A stretch of DNA of 64,000 nt from Polaromonas sp. (lineage in GTDB: Bacteria > Pseudomonadota > Gammaproteobacteria > Burkholderiales > Burkholderiaceae_C): contig JAYUCJ010000152.1 of assembly GCA_043740415.1 (NCBI GenBank), positions 2,758-66,757 of the forward strand. The letters run 5' to 3'. The notes under the pieces were generated by a model, which was given only the letters and a program-made list of their open reading frames with translations, was not told the origin of the DNA and did not search any database. Position 1 is the stretch's first letter. Each line of letters opens with the position of its first letter. The position numbers and the translations under genes were made by a program. Below are positions 1-9,866 of this stretch, one piece after another.

Positions 1-294
1 AATGACTGCCGCCATTTCGATTTTTTTCTAAATTTGTTTACTTCTAGCCTACATACAAATTCAGTGCGGTTTGCATGCATTCAAATTGGGCCAAGAACTG
101 GAAAGCTAAAGTTCTCAACAGCGGCTTTTCCCGCTCACTGTTACATATTTATTTATAAGTTATGGCTAAAAATATTTCAGATTAAAGTTCTGAAGCCTAT
201 ATTAAATCAAGTTTTGTTTTTTTGTGTAAAAAAATGTCACGCAAAAATTCGATGCTGAGTCCGTTTTTTTAATTGAATATTTTTTGGAGTTCGC

Positions 295-2304
295 ATGAAA
301 TATCTAACCATGTATCGGCTATTGGTCATTATTTTTATAAGCATGCTTTTGGCCGCTTGTGTGCCATGGGCGGAATTTACGGTGGAACCAACACCAGTCG
401 TTGCAGGGAAAGTTGCAACTTTTGATGCCTCACCCAGCTTGGTTTCAGAAAAAGAGCATGGGCAAGTGACGTACTCATGGAACTTTGGTGACGGCACGCC
501 CGTGGGCAGCGGAAAAATTGTTGAACACACTTTCGTTGCCAAAGGAAATTACAGCGTCACTTTGACCATCACGCCTTCAAAAGATAAAACCAAAGGCAAA
601 ATCGGTACAGTGACAAAAACAGTTAATGTGGCTACTTCTGCGACCGAAGGCGTGCTGTCCGCTCAAGTTCAAGGCTCGGATGGTGTGTTGATTCCGAACG
701 CCAACGTTGCAATTGCTACGCTCAATGTCAAATCCGATGCCAAGGGTATGGCGGTAGTCGCGAATGTGCCGGCAAGCGCCGATCAAGTCATCACAGTTAC
801 AAAAAAGGGCTACGTTTCGCAAACGACCCGCGCAACGATAGCGCCAGACAAAACCACTAAATTGCTCGTCACGCTGCTGCCTGTCAAAGAAACACGCTCG
901 ATTTCACGGGCAGAGGTCGCTCAAGTCATCGCAACCACGACCTTGGGGGCTTCCGTAACTCTGCCGGCCAATGCCCTGGTCAATGCAAACAACCAAATCG
1001 CCACATCTGCGATTTCCGCACATCTTTCACCGTTCAATGTCAACAGCCAAGACATGACTGCCATGCTCGGCAACGGCCGCGGGCGAGATGCCACCGACAA
1101 GATGGTTAACTTGATCAGCGCAGGCGTTTTCAGTATCGATTTTTATGACGCACAAAATGGTCATTTGCAACTGGCAGCCGGCAAAACGGCAGATATCCAG
1201 GTTGATTTACCCTATGCCAGCATCAACGGCAAAGTTCTTGTCGTAGGCACAGCGATTCCGCTGTGGCATTTCGATGTCGCGCAGGGTGTATGGCTTGCTG
1301 AAGGGTCGGGAACCGTGGTCGCCTCACAAACATCTAGCGTCGGCTTGGCAGTCAAGGCAACCGTGTCGCATTTTTCCACCTGGAGTTGGAATTTTCCGAT
1401 TGATAATTTGGGTAGCGTCACGGTGAGCTGCGTTGATGCCGCGCTGCAATTAACCGCGTGCGACTTAACTGCCGTTGTCGTGCTGCCTGACAATTCTTAT
1501 TACTTCAAATACGCAAGCATTGCGGCGGAAGTTACCACCGTTATAGACATGCCGTCCGTAGGCAATGTCAGTTGGATTGGATCTACCAATCAAGGCCAAC
1601 TCGGCAACGCACAATCAACCACGACGGGTGATGTGGTTGTGCCATTGGCAGCACCGCAAACCGATAACTTTGTGCAATGCAAGTTGACCGATCTAAGCCC
1701 AACAGACTGCAATGTCGTTGCCAACATCGCATTTAGCAATGGTGGCGGAACATTAGCACGGCCGTACTACATCCCAGCAGATGGCGCATGGGTGCGAACC
1801 GCTTTCTACACAACCAGCCCCATAGCATGGCAAGCATCCAGCGGCTTTTCAATCAATGGCACGGGTCAACTTGTTCGCTATGAGGGCAATGCCACATCGG
1901 CAGCGACTGGCAATATCAACATACCACTGAACACCGAAGTAATTTCAGCAAACAAGTTGTTGGTGATTTCATGTGACAGCACCGCTGACATCTACCCCGT
2001 TGGCGTCTATTTAGAACAACCCAACCTCCCCACACCTGTGACGGAAACTGTGGCAACTTGCAACATTGGCGTGAGTGTCATTGGAACGAATACAAGTTTC
2101 AACTATGTCAGTCCTTCCATCCTACCTGGCGTGGTCATCAATTTAGCCATGCCACCGTTGGCATTCATGGATACGGTTTATATAGGCGCCAGAGGAAAGA
2201 CGTCTCAAAATACCTTTGTCAACTTTTACACCTTGTCCGCAGCCAGTGCATTGACAAATTTACAAACCTTCTTACTTAGGTTGCACAATTTGACACCAAC
2301 ATAA
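295..2304 (+). CDS. Secreted protein or lipoprotein with a PKD domain and a carboxypeptidase-regulatory-like domain
   Basis: 669-aa ORF. Hydrophobic N-terminus ends in lipobox-like LLAAC. PKD signature VTYSWNFGDGTP...GNYSVTLTITP. Followed by VQGSDGVLIPNANVAI...VTKKGYVSQT (CarboxypepD_reg-like). Confidence 0.7.
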   Translation: MKYLTMYRLLVIIFISMLLAACVPWAEFTVEPTPVVAGKVATFDASPSLVSEKEHGQVTYSWNFGDGTPVGSGKIVEHTFVAKGNYSVTLTITPSKDKTKGKIGTVTKTVNVATSATEGVLSAQVQGSDGVLIPNANVAIATLNVKSDAKGMAVVANVPASADQVITVTKKGYVSQTTRATIAPDKTTKLLVTLLPVKETRSISRAEVAQVIATTTLGASVTLPANALVNANNQIATSAISAHLSPFNVNSQDMTAMLGNGRGRDATDKMVNLISAGVFSIDFYDAQNGHLQLAAGKTADIQVDLPYASINGKVLVVGTAIPLWHFDVAQGVWLAEGSGTVVASQTSSVGLAVKATVSHFSTWSWNFPIDNLGSVTVSCVDAALQLTACDLTAVVVLPDNSYYFKYASIAAEVTTVIDMPSVGNVSWIGSTNQGQLGNAQSTTTGDVVVPLAAPQTDNFVQCKLTDLSPTDCNVVANIAFSNGGGTLARPYYIPADGAWVRTAFYTTSPIAWQASSGFSINGTGQLVRYEGNATSAATGNINIPLNTEVISANKLLVISCDSTADIYPVGVYLEQPNLPTPVTETVATCNIGVSVIGTNTSFNYVSPSILPGVVINLAMPPLAFMDTVYIGARGKTSQNTFVNFYTLSAASALTNLQTFLLRLHNLTPT

Positions 2305-2308
2305 TGCA

Positions 2309-2356
2309 TTTATCCGGCGTATTTATTGCCTAAGGCGCTATTTTATTGATAGCAAT
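2309..2356 (+). repeat. Dispersed ~45-bp repeat, family R45 (CCGGCGTATTTATTGCC-N5-GCTAT-AT loop-ATAGC), intergenic copy
   Basis: tatccggcgtatttattgcctaaggcgctattttattgatagc. Matches the other R45 copies listed below. Confidence 0.8.
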
Positions 2357-2407
2357 TATCGACCGCAAGCGTAACCAGGTCGATTTTGCTATCATGTAGA
2401 AAATGCC

Positions 2408-2731
2408 TTGAGGAGCAGGGTCATGCCTCTGTCAAAGTCACACAAACAAGCCGCGCTGAAAGCGGTTTTAGCCATCGTCATGCTCGCAGCATTGGCAGGT
2501 GTCGCCGGTTCGCAGATTGCGCCCCATGTGCCGCTACAAACCGTGTTGCTCTATTGTGTTATTGGGGCAGCGATCTTGTTTGCTGTCCTCGTTTTTGCAG
2601 CCATTGTGATGCTGGTGTTCAACCAGTTCATCCTGCGCCACGGCGGCACTGACCCGACGTGGTTTTGGTTCAAAGCCGACCCGCCGGGGTTGGCGGAACA
2701 AAGAGCGCGGTTAAAGGCGCATGGCGAGTGA
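2408..2731 (+). CDS. Hypothetical small membrane protein
   Basis: 107-aa ORF with two hydrophobic spans (AVLAIVMLAALAGVAG; LLYCVIGAAILFAVLVFAAIVMLVF). No family recognised. Flanked by two direct R45 copies. Confidence 0.4.
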   Translation: MRSRVMPLSKSHKQAALKAVLAIVMLAALAGVAGSQIAPHVPLQTVLLYCVIGAAILFAVLVFAAIVMLVFNQFILRHGGTDPTWFWFKADPPGLAEQRARLKAHGE

Positions 2732-2760
2732 AATCCTGCCATTTTAATATATAAATATGG

Positions 2761-2807
2761 CTCTAGCCGGCGTTTTTATTGCTTAAGCTGCTATTTTATT
2801 TGTAGCG
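2761..2807 (+). repeat. R45 repeat, intergenic copy
   Basis: ctctagccggcgtttttattgcttaagctgctattttatttgtagcg. Confidence 0.75.
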
Positions 2808-2988
2808 TTTTTTAGCTGCGCGTAGCTGGTTTGTTTCCCCCACTCACCCCCAACCCCTCTCGCCCCGCCGGGCGAAATGGGAGCTTTCATTTGATGGTTG
2901 GCTGTAAAGTTTTGACCGAACGGCTTGCAGGTTTTGTATGAATTGAGATTGCCAGATAAAGTAGCTTAATGACTTAAACTCGACATTC

Positions 2989-3342
2989 ATGAAACAAACA
3001 TCATTGCTGGATCGCCTAATCTACGGTGGATTGATGCTCTTTTTCGGTGCAGCAATCGGGTGCATAGTAGGTATTGCTGGTTTTGGCCTATCTAAACCAC
3101 CTCACTTTAATGTCGCCGCACTACTGTTTACATTAATAGTGTTCTTTGTCGTCGGATTTGTATTTCTTGACCGTGGCTCAGACTTTGTTGCAGTGCGCTT
3201 TGTCTCGTTACTACTAATATTTAGCATTGCTTCAGAAACTGTACTGCACGAGCCAAAGCGTGAGGATTTTTCACCAAAGTGGTGTCTATTTGCACTTATC
3301 ACTTGGTTAGCTACGATTGTGTATATCTTGCTTAACTTCTAG
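2989..3342 (+). CDS. Hypothetical multi-pass membrane protein
   Basis: 117-aa ORF with 3-4 hydrophobic segments in an AT-rich stretch. The 3' end overlaps the pyrF stop by 11 nt (convergent). No family recognised. Confidence 0.4.
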   Translation: MKQTSLLDRLIYGGLMLFFGAAIGCIVGIAGFGLSKPPHFNVAALLFTLIVFFVVGFVFLDRGSDFVAVRFVSLLLIFSIASETVLHEPKREDFSPKWCLFALITWLATIVYILLNF

Positions 3343-4192
3343 CAGCCTGCAACACATCCCGAGTCTGAATCGCCACTTGCCGCGCTGCAGCCGCAAAATC
3401 AGCCCCACTCGACGCATACAACACCGCCCGTGATGAGTTGACGATGATGGGGGCGGTGGTTTGGCCGTTTTGCTGTTTCCAGCCGGCTTTGACTGTGGCT
3501 ACCGCATCACCGCCCTGAGCGCCTACGCCGGGGATGAGTAAGGGGACGTGGGGGGCTACTTTTCGGACGCGTTCTATTTCAGCCGGATACGTTGCGCCTA
3601 CGACGAGGCCGAGCTGGCCGTTGGTGTTCCACTCGCCTTGGGCGAGTTTGGCGATGTGTTCGTACAACAGCGGCTCGCCGGGGACGGAGCTGAGGCGCTG
3701 GGCCTGGAGGTCGTCGCCGCCGGGGTTGGAGGTGCGGCAGAGCAGGAAGGCGCCTTTGCCGTGGTAGGCCAGGTAGGGTTGCACGGAGTCAAAACCCATG
3801 AAGGGGGACAGGGTGACGGCGTCAGCACCGTAGCGCTCGAAGGCTTCGATGGCGTATTGCGCGGCTGTTGAGCCGATATCGCCGCGTTTGGCGTCCAAAA
3901 TCACGGGAACGTGGGGTGCGGTGGCGCGCATGTGCTGCATGAGCTTTTCCAGCTGGTTTTCGGCGCGGTGGGCGGCGAAGTAGGCGATTTGGGGTTTGAA
4001 GGAGATCACCAGGTCGGCGGTGGCGTCCACAATCGCGGCGCAAAAGTCGTAGATTTTGCTGGCATCGCCCTGCAAGTGGGCGGGGAACTTGGCCGGCTCG
4101 GGGTCTAGGCCGACGCAGAGCATGGATTGATTGCTGCGCTCGGCTTCTTTGAGTTGTTCTAAAAAGGTCATGGGGGGATTGTAAATTAGCAC
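3332..4192 (-). CDS. pyrF: Orotidine 5'-phosphate decarboxylase (type 2)
   Basis: [11 protein letters not shown]...[10 protein letters not shown]...[11 protein letters not shown]...PGVGAQGG are typical PyrF motifs. The true start is possibly the internal ATG at 4171. Confidence 0.9.
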   Translation of the reverse strand: MLIYNPPMTFLEQLKEAERSNQSMLCVGLDPEPAKFPAHLQGDASKIYDFCAAIVDATADLVISFKPQIAYFAAHRAENQLEKLMQHMRATAPHVPVILDAKRGDIGSTAAQYAIEAFERYGADAVTLSPFMGFDSVQPYLAYHGKGAFLLCRTSNPGGDDLQAQRLSSVPGEPLLYEHIAKLAQGEWNTNGQLGLVVGATYPAEIERVRKVAPHVPLLIPGVGAQGGDAVATVKAGWKQQNGQTTAPIIVNSSRAVLYASSGADFAAAARQVAIQTRDVLQAARS

Positions 4193-4207
4193 CCAACTTA
4201 CAAAAAT

Positions 4208-4267
4208 CCGTTCGGACTGAGCCTGTCGAAGTCATCAAGAACCCTTCGACAGGCTCAGGGCGAACGG
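4208..4267. repeat. GC-rich palindromic element (family PAL: CCGTTCGnnCTGAGCCTGTCGAAG...CTTCGACAGGCTCAGnGCGAACGG)
   Basis: Near-perfect inverted repeat ccgttcggactgagcctgtcgaag / cccttcgacaggctcagggcgaacgg, between pyrF and the EamA gene. Confidence 0.85.
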
Positions 4268-4287
4268 AAAACGCTTACTATCCATCC

Positions 4288-5199
4288 ATGCAAAAACTCT
4301 CCGCAAAACAACTCTGGCTCTTGGTCGTTCTTACCGTGGTGTGGGGCTTGAACTGGCCGGTGATGAAGCTGGGGGTCACGGGCATGCCACCGCTGCAGTT
4401 CAGAACCCTGTCAATGTGGCTGGGGCTGCCGGTGCTGGCGCTGGCGTTGGTGTGGCTGAAAGTGCCGTTTGCCATGCCGCGCAAGCATTGGCGGGAGCTG
4501 CTGTTGCTGGCGGCGACCAATATGTTCATCTGGCATGTGTGCATTATTTTGGCGATTCAGTCGCTCTCCAGCGGGCGGGCGGCGATTTTGGGCTATACCA
4601 TGCCTATTTTTTCAGCCATTCTGGGGGCGATCTTTTTTGCCAGCGTCATGACCAAGCGCAACTGGCTGGGCGTGGCTGCTGCTGCCTTGGGCGTGGCGCT
4701 GCTGCTGTGGCATGAAATGACAGGCTTGAGCGGCAAACCCCTGGGCGTGGCTCTGGCTTTGACGGCGGCAGCCACTTGGGCGCTGGGCACGCAGCTGCTG
4801 CGCCGCACCAAGATTGACACCCCCACCTTGGCGATTTCGTTTTGGATGACGGTTTTGGCCTGCATGGTGATGACGGCGCTGACCGTGACATTTGAGCGTG
4901 ACGCCTGGGTTATGCCCTCACAAATTTCTGGCAACTCGTGGTTTGCGATTGTTTACAACGCGGTGCTGGTGTTTGGCTTCGCCCATGCGGCGTGGTTTTT
5001 CCTGGCACGCACCCTGCCGCCCGTGGCGTCTACGCTGTCGGTGATGATGATTCCGATTTTGGGTGTTTTTGCTGGCGCTTACTGGCTGGGCGAAGTCTTG
5101 CATTGGCAAGACTGGGCGGCGGTGGCGCTGATGGTGGTGGCGATTGCGTCGGTTTTGGCACCGACGAAGACACCACCGATTCGTCCAATTGAAAAATAA
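4288..5199 (+). CDS. EamA/DMT-family transporter
   Basis: 303 aa with about 10 TM segments in a duplicated EamA-like layout. Confidence 0.75.
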   Translation: MQKLSAKQLWLLVVLTVVWGLNWPVMKLGVTGMPPLQFRTLSMWLGLPVLALALVWLKVPFAMPRKHWRELLLLAATNMFIWHVCIILAIQSLSSGRAAILGYTMPIFSAILGAIFFASVMTKRNWLGVAAAALGVALLLWHEMTGLSGKPLGVALALTAAATWALGTQLLRRTKIDTPTLAISFWMTVLACMVMTALTVTFERDAWVMPSQISGNSWFAIVYNAVLVFGFAHAAWFFLARTLPPVASTLSVMMIPILGVFAGAYWLGEVLHWQDWAAVALMVVAIASVLAPTKTPPIRPIEK

Positions 5200-5200
5200 A

Positions 5201-5250
5201 CCGTTCGCCCTGAGCTTGTCGAAGGGTTTCGACAAGCTCAACCCGAACGG
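5201..5250. repeat. PAL palindromic element
   Basis: ccgttcgccctgagcttgtcgaagggtttcgacaagctcaacccgaacgg, immediately after the EamA stop codon. Confidence 0.85.
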
Positions 5251-5253
5251 AAA

Positions 5254-6126
5254 TTATTTGGACACTAAAGACGCCTTAGCCAAACACAAATCCGCCCACG
5301 CTTTGGCTTTGTCCGCTGGGTTGCGCAGCAAATTGGCGGGTGAATAGGTCACGACAACGGGAATGCCTTGGTAGCTGTGAACGGTGCCGCGCAGCTGACC
5401 CAGCGGTGGCACGGGGTTGCTGACAGTTTGCGCCAGCAACGCCTGCGCGGCGTAGCGTCCCATCGCCAAAATCATTTTCGGACGCGTCAATGCCACTTGG
5501 CGGCGTAAAAAAGTCTCGCACTGCGCCAGCTCTTGCGCGCCCGTGCTTTGCCCTTCAGTGCGGCATTTGACGGCGGGGGTTAATGTGACTTTTTGGGTAA
5601 CTTGTTCTGTGCTTAAACCCATGGCTTTGAGCATATTGCCCAGTAAGACACCCTCATCGCCCGTGAACGGTGCACCGGCGGCTTCGTCAGACTCGGTCGG
5701 TGGGTCGCCGACGATGAACCAATCAGCTTGCTGCGCAGATGCTGGCGTGCCAAAAACAATGCCATTTCGACCTGCGCACAGCTGGCAGGCTTGGCAGGTT
5801 TGCGCGGTTTGCTGCAGGGTTGGCCAATCCATCTCTTGCAGGCCTGCGGGCATGGCTTGCAAAACCAGCTCGGGACGATCGATTTTCGGTGAATTTGGTT
5901 TAACAACCGCATTTTGAGGCTGTTTTAGGGGTTTAGCCGGCGTATTTATTGCCTGAAGTGCTATTTTATTTATAGCAATTTGTGGTTTTTCAACAACTTG
6001 CGCGGTCTGAGAGCTAGCGGCAACAACGGCAACTTCATCCAGAACGTAAACCGTTTCAGGCTGCCAAACGGTGATGCCCATTTCTTGCAGCATGGCGCGT
6101 TGGCGGGTGTCTAAAGCTAGGCTCAT
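5254..6126 (-). CDS. Uracil-DNA glycosylase, family 4
   Basis: C-terminal domain has CQLC..., FIVGDPPTESDEAAGAPFTGDEGVLLGNML and VVTYSPANLLR. The N-terminal extension contains an in-frame R45 copy. Confidence 0.8.
   Translation of the reverse strand: MSLALDTRQRAMLQEMGITVWQPETVYVLDEVAVVAASSQTAQVVEKPQIAINKIALQAINTPAKPLKQPQNAVVKPNSPKIDRPELVLQAMPAGLQEMDWPTLQQTAQTCQACQLCAGRNGIVFGTPASAQQADWFIVGDPPTESDEAAGAPFTGDEGVLLGNMLKAMGLSTEQVTQKVTLTPAVKCRTEGQSTGAQELAQCETFLRRQVALTRPKMILAMGRYAAQALLAQTVSNPVPPLGQLRGTVHSYQGIPVVVTYSPANLLRNPADKAKAWADLCLAKASLVSK
5932..5980 (+). repeat. R45 repeat, inside the udg CDS (in frame)
   Basis: tttagccggcgtatttattgcctgaagtgctattttatttatagcaatt. Read on the minus strand as ...IAINKIALQAINTPAKP... 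Confidence 0.8.
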
Positions 6127-6136
6127 AGATGCAAAC

Positions 6137-6655
6137 TCATAGCTTCAGACTCATCACAATCGCGTCTTCACGGCCATTGGCTTTGGGACCTTTGGGGTAG
6201 TAATCTTGCCGAACGCTCACCAGTTTGAAGCCCTGCGCTTTGTAGACTTGCAGCGCCCGCTCATTGTTAGCGCGCACCTCTAGCCACAGCCACGCGGCAC
6301 CCTGCCCGCGCGACCAGACGGCCAGCGCATCCAACATCAGCTTCGCCCAGCCTTGGCGTTGGTTGGGCTCAGCGACTGTGATGTTCAGCAAATGCACCTC
6401 TTCAAAGCCTTTCATGGCGATGAAATAGCCCAAAATGTCTGCCTTAGTTGAAGAATCTGTCGTTAAACCTGCAGTTAAGACCTGCATTTGGTAGCCGGTT
6501 TGAATCGAATCTTCGAAATTAGCGCGGCTCCACGGGTGTGGGTAGACGGCGTTTTCGATGTCGAGGACGCAGTCAAGCCAATCTGCCGTCAAAGGCTGAA
6601 ATTCAACCTCTGGCTGGTTTACCAAAGGAGGTATAGGCTTCAAAATCGCGTTCAT
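6137..6655 (-). CDS. rimI: Ribosomal-protein-alanine N-acetyltransferase (GNAT)
   Basis: GNAT core HLLNITVAEPNQRQGWAKLMLDAL. Overlaps the stop of upstream tsaB by 4 nt (conserved tsaB-rimI pairing). Confidence 0.8.
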   Translation of the reverse strand: MNAILKPIPPLVNQPEVEFQPLTADWLDCVLDIENAVYPHPWSRANFEDSIQTGYQMQVLTAGLTTDSSTKADILGYFIAMKGFEEVHLLNITVAEPNQRQGWAKLMLDALAVWSRGQGAAWLWLEVRANNERALQVYKAQGFKLVSVRQDYYPKGPKANGREDAIVMSLKL

Positions 6656-7311
6656 GTCGCTGATTTTAAGGCTTGGCGTTCTGCCGTGGTTTGCGCCACT
6701 TTGTCGCGTATGTAGAGTGGCAGGGCTTGGTCAGCAGGCACACCCAAACCTGCTGTCAACATGGCCGGCGCTAGCCGCAGCATGGCGGTAGCGGTGGGCA
6801 AAGCGTCAATACGATTGGCATCGTCCAAACAGTTGCCCGCCAAGCTGAAGCCAGCTTCAACTTGCAATTGATCTGCTTTGCAGAGCTTAATGTCAGAATT
6901 TGCCTGCCAAAAGCCGTCTTTGTAGGTATAACTTGAGACATAGACCTCGCCCATACGGGCATCTAAAACGGCTTGGATGTGAATAGAACCAGAGTTAAAC
7001 CGCGCCTCTTCAGCCACCGCCAAGAGCGTATCGACAGGTAAAACCGAGATATTTCCAGCCCCAAACGCCAAACCTTGCGCCACCGAACACGCCGTGCGCA
7101 GCCCCGTGAACGAACCCGGCCCGCGCCCGAAAACGATGGCATCTAGCTGTTGCAGCGTTAAATCAGCCTCTTTGAGCAGCGCCATGATGGCAGGAATCAA
7201 GGCGGCGGAGGTTTTAGCGCCGCCTTCAGCCATGTGTTGCCAAGTTTGTTGGCCGTCAGTGACGGCGATGAACATGGTTTCTGTACTGGTATCGAAAGCC
7301 AAGAGCTTCAT
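6652..7311 (-). CDS. tsaB: tRNA threonylcarbamoyladenosine biosynthesis protein TsaB
   Basis: MKLLAFDTSTE...GRGPGSFTGLRTACSVAQGLAFG. Confidence 0.85.
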   Translation of the reverse strand: MKLLAFDTSTETMFIAVTDGQQTWQHMAEGGAKTSAALIPAIMALLKEADLTLQQLDAIVFGRGPGSFTGLRTACSVAQGLAFGAGNISVLPVDTLLAVAEEARFNSGSIHIQAVLDARMGEVYVSSYTYKDGFWQANSDIKLCKADQLQVEAGFSLAGNCLDDANRIDALPTATAMLRLAPAMLTAGLGVPADQALPLYIRDKVAQTTAERQALKSAT

Positions 7312-8354
7312 TTTCCCACCTCAACAGAGGGAATAGTTATGGGTTTAGATGGGGGTTTAGCTGGGGATTTAACGGCTCGAACGCCAAACAAAATACCCAC
7401 AGTGACCAATGCCAAACCTAACATTAAATTGGTATGCAAGGGTTCGCCCAAGAAAAACACCGCGCCCAATGCCGACAAACCGGGCACCAAGGCCGTCATC
7501 ATGGTGCTGCGTACGGGGCCAAAATATTGGATCATTTTGGTAAACGAAATGCCCGAAATAACCACAGAGCCAACACCTTGAAAAACCGCTTGGAAAGCCA
7601 CTTCACCCCACGGCGCCGTCGCTAGATGGCTTTTGATCGCGCCAAAAGCCAGCAGCGCTGCGTAAACCGGCACATACGTCACAGCTGTGAACACGGTGAT
7701 GGCGATGGTTGCTTTGACAGCATCCAGTGCATTTTTACGGGCGATGACCGAGTAAAACGCCCAGCAGGTGGAGGCAGATAAAAAGAGCAGGTCGCCCTTC
7801 CAGGTTTCGCCGCCGTCAAACGCTTTGAGCAAGCTGGTGCCGCCGACCAGCAGATCGCCACAAAAAATCAGCCCCAAACCGACCGCGCGGGCGGGGGTGA
7901 TGCGGTCTTTCAACAGCCACACCGCCACCAAGGCGGTAGACAAAGGCAATGTACCCGGCAGCAGCACACTGGCATGCGCAGCAGGTGCAAAGAAAAACCC
8001 GCTGTAAGCCAGCATGGCATAGCCCACGCCACCTATGGTTCCCACCAGCGCGGTAAGCTTAAAGGCATAAGGCGACAAACCAAGCCAAGAGATGCTGCGA
8101 CTGAGCTTTTGCGACCGCACCAACCACCAGCCCCAAGGCAAGAGCACCAAACCTGCGCCTATAAAGCGCAAGAAAACCATGTCCAAAGGCAGCAAACTGC
8201 CTTTGGCCGATGCGCGGGCGATAACAATGAAGGAGGACCAAATTAAGATGGTAACCACAGCAGCCAAAATGCCCACCGCTTTGGGTGACAGTTGACGGGG
8301 CGCTGAATGTAACGAATTGAGTGTTGACATGCCTCTATTATCAAGGCACAGCAT
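7308..8354 (-). CDS. EamA/DMT-family transporter
   Basis: 348 aa with about 10 TM segments. The start may be the internal MSTLNS. Confidence 0.7.
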   Translation of the reverse strand: MLCLDNRGMSTLNSLHSAPRQLSPKAVGILAAVVTILIWSSFIVIARASAKGSLLPLDMVFLRFIGAGLVLLPWGWWLVRSQKLSRSISWLGLSPYAFKLTALVGTIGGVGYAMLAYSGFFFAPAAHASVLLPGTLPLSTALVAVWLLKDRITPARAVGLGLIFCGDLLVGGTSLLKAFDGGETWKGDLLFLSASTCWAFYSVIARKNALDAVKATIAITVFTAVTYVPVYAALLAFGAIKSHLATAPWGEVAFQAVFQGVGSVVISGISFTKMIQYFGPVRSTMMTALVPGLSALGAVFFLGEPLHTNLMLGLALVTVGILFGVRAVKSPAKPPSKPITIPSVEVGK

Positions 8355-8360
8355 AATAGC

Positions 8361-9848
8361 TTGATGAATGTGTTTTTTCGATGGCGCGGTTTGTGTGGCC
8401 TCTTAGGTCTGTTTTGGTTTCATCCGCTAGCGGTAGCGGCGACGGAAACCTCTGCACAGCTGCCGACTATGGTGGCACAAGCTCTTGCGCGCGCGGGCGT
8501 GCCGCGCGATGCGGTGAGTTTTGAGGTGAGATCGGTATCTGGCGACGCAGCACCGCGTTTGAGCTACAAAGCCGGCGTGGCGATGAACCCGGCTTCGGTC
8601 ATGAAACTGGTCACCACGTTTTCCGCTTTGGACATTTTGGGGCCCAATTTCACCTGGAAAACCGGGTTTTACACCGATGGCAGCTTGGGCAAGGGTGTGT
8701 TGAATGGCAATTTGATCATCAAAGGCGGCGGCGACCCGAAGTGGGTGCTGGAGCGGATTGAGGAAAACTTCAAAACTCTGCAAACGCTGGGTGTGCAACG
8801 CATCACGGGTGATATTGTGTTGGACAACAGCGTGTTTGACCTGCGAACACGTCATGCTGCTGACTTTGATGGCGAACCCATGCGCCCCTACAACAGCGCA
8901 CCTGATGGTTTGCTGGTGAATTTCAAAGCCTTGATTTTTAAGTTTGTGCCGGATCCACAAACGCAAACCATCCGCGTCGTAAGCGAGCCGCCTATGGCCG
9001 ATGTTGCCATTGATACCCAAGTGACTGCGACAACCGATGGCTGTGGCGACTGGCGCAGCACGCTCAGAGCAGATTTTTCCAACCCCAACAAAGTGCATTT
9101 CAGCGGCAGCTACAGCGTGCGCTGTGGGGAAAACACCTGGCCGGTGGCCTACATTGAGCCGGCGAGCTATGCCATGCGTGTGGTCAAAGCCATGCACAAA
9201 GCGTCGGGCGGCGTGTTGGACGGCAAGGTTCGGTACGGCACCTTGCCGCAAAATGCGCTGTTGTTATGGCAAGCGCCATCGTTACCGCTGTCGCAAATCA
9301 TTGCAGACGTGAACAAATTCAGCAACAACGTGATGGCGCAGCAGGTTTTTTTGACGCTGAGTGCCCAGTATTCAACATTCAACACGTCGCTGCACTTGCC
9401 GGGCGCACCGCGCACGGGCAATTTTGTCAGATCCGCGGCCACCGTGCAGCACTGGTGGCGCGAGCGGTTTGGGCGCGCCGTCAAAGCGCCGACGTTAGAC
9501 AATGGCTCTGGGCTGAGCCGCAGCGAGCGCATCACGGTGCAAGCATTGAGTGAGCTGCTTAAACTGGCGGCTAGACACCCCAGCGCTGAGGTTTTTGCCA
9601 ATTCTATGTCTGTAGCGGGCGTCGATGGCACAGCAGCCAACATGGTCAAACGCGGCATTGCGGTCAACGCCATTGGCAATGCACAACTCAAAACCGGCAC
9701 GCTGCGCGATGTGGCCGCCGTTGCCGGCTATGCCACCGGCAAAAGTGGCCGGCGCTACAGCGTGGTCGGCTTGATCAACCACCCCAATGCAGGTGCGGCA
9801 CGGCCGGCGCTGGATGCCTTGGTGGAATGGGCGGTGTTAGATGACTAA
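8361..9848 (+). CDS. dacB: D-alanyl-D-alanine carboxypeptidase/endopeptidase (PBP4 family)
   Basis: Signal peptide, SxxK motif in PASVMKLVTT, and the KTGTL motif near the C-terminus. Confidence 0.85.
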   Translation: MMNVFFRWRGLCGLLGLFWFHPLAVAATETSAQLPTMVAQALARAGVPRDAVSFEVRSVSGDAAPRLSYKAGVAMNPASVMKLVTTFSALDILGPNFTWKTGFYTDGSLGKGVLNGNLIIKGGGDPKWVLERIEENFKTLQTLGVQRITGDIVLDNSVFDLRTRHAADFDGEPMRPYNSAPDGLLVNFKALIFKFVPDPQTQTIRVVSEPPMADVAIDTQVTATTDGCGDWRSTLRADFSNPNKVHFSGSYSVRCGENTWPVAYIEPASYAMRVVKAMHKASGGVLDGKVRYGTLPQNALLLWQAPSLPLSQIIADVNKFSNNVMAQQVFLTLSAQYSTFNTSLHLPGAPRTGNFVRSAATVQHWWRERFGRAVKAPTLDNGSGLSRSERITVQALSELLKLAARHPSAEVFANSMSVAGVDGTAANMVKRGIAVNAIGNAQLKTGTLRDVAAVAGYATGKSGRRYSVVGLINHPNAGAARPALDALVEWAVLDD

Positions 9849-9866
9849 CTCAGATGAGTAATTTAT

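Noticed and set aside
34-258. 74-aa ORF at the window start
   Set aside because: It has no RBS and no motif, shows odd composition, and overlaps the likely promoter region of the PKD-domain gene.
3548-4238. Several 65-138-aa ORFs overlapping pyrF in other frames
   Set aside because: They are off-frame artefacts of GC-rich coding sequence. The pyrF motifs are unambiguous on the minus strand.
8427-9251. 274-aa ORF antisense to dacB
   Set aside because: The same reasoning applies. The plus strand encodes a PBP4 with SxxK and KTG motifs.
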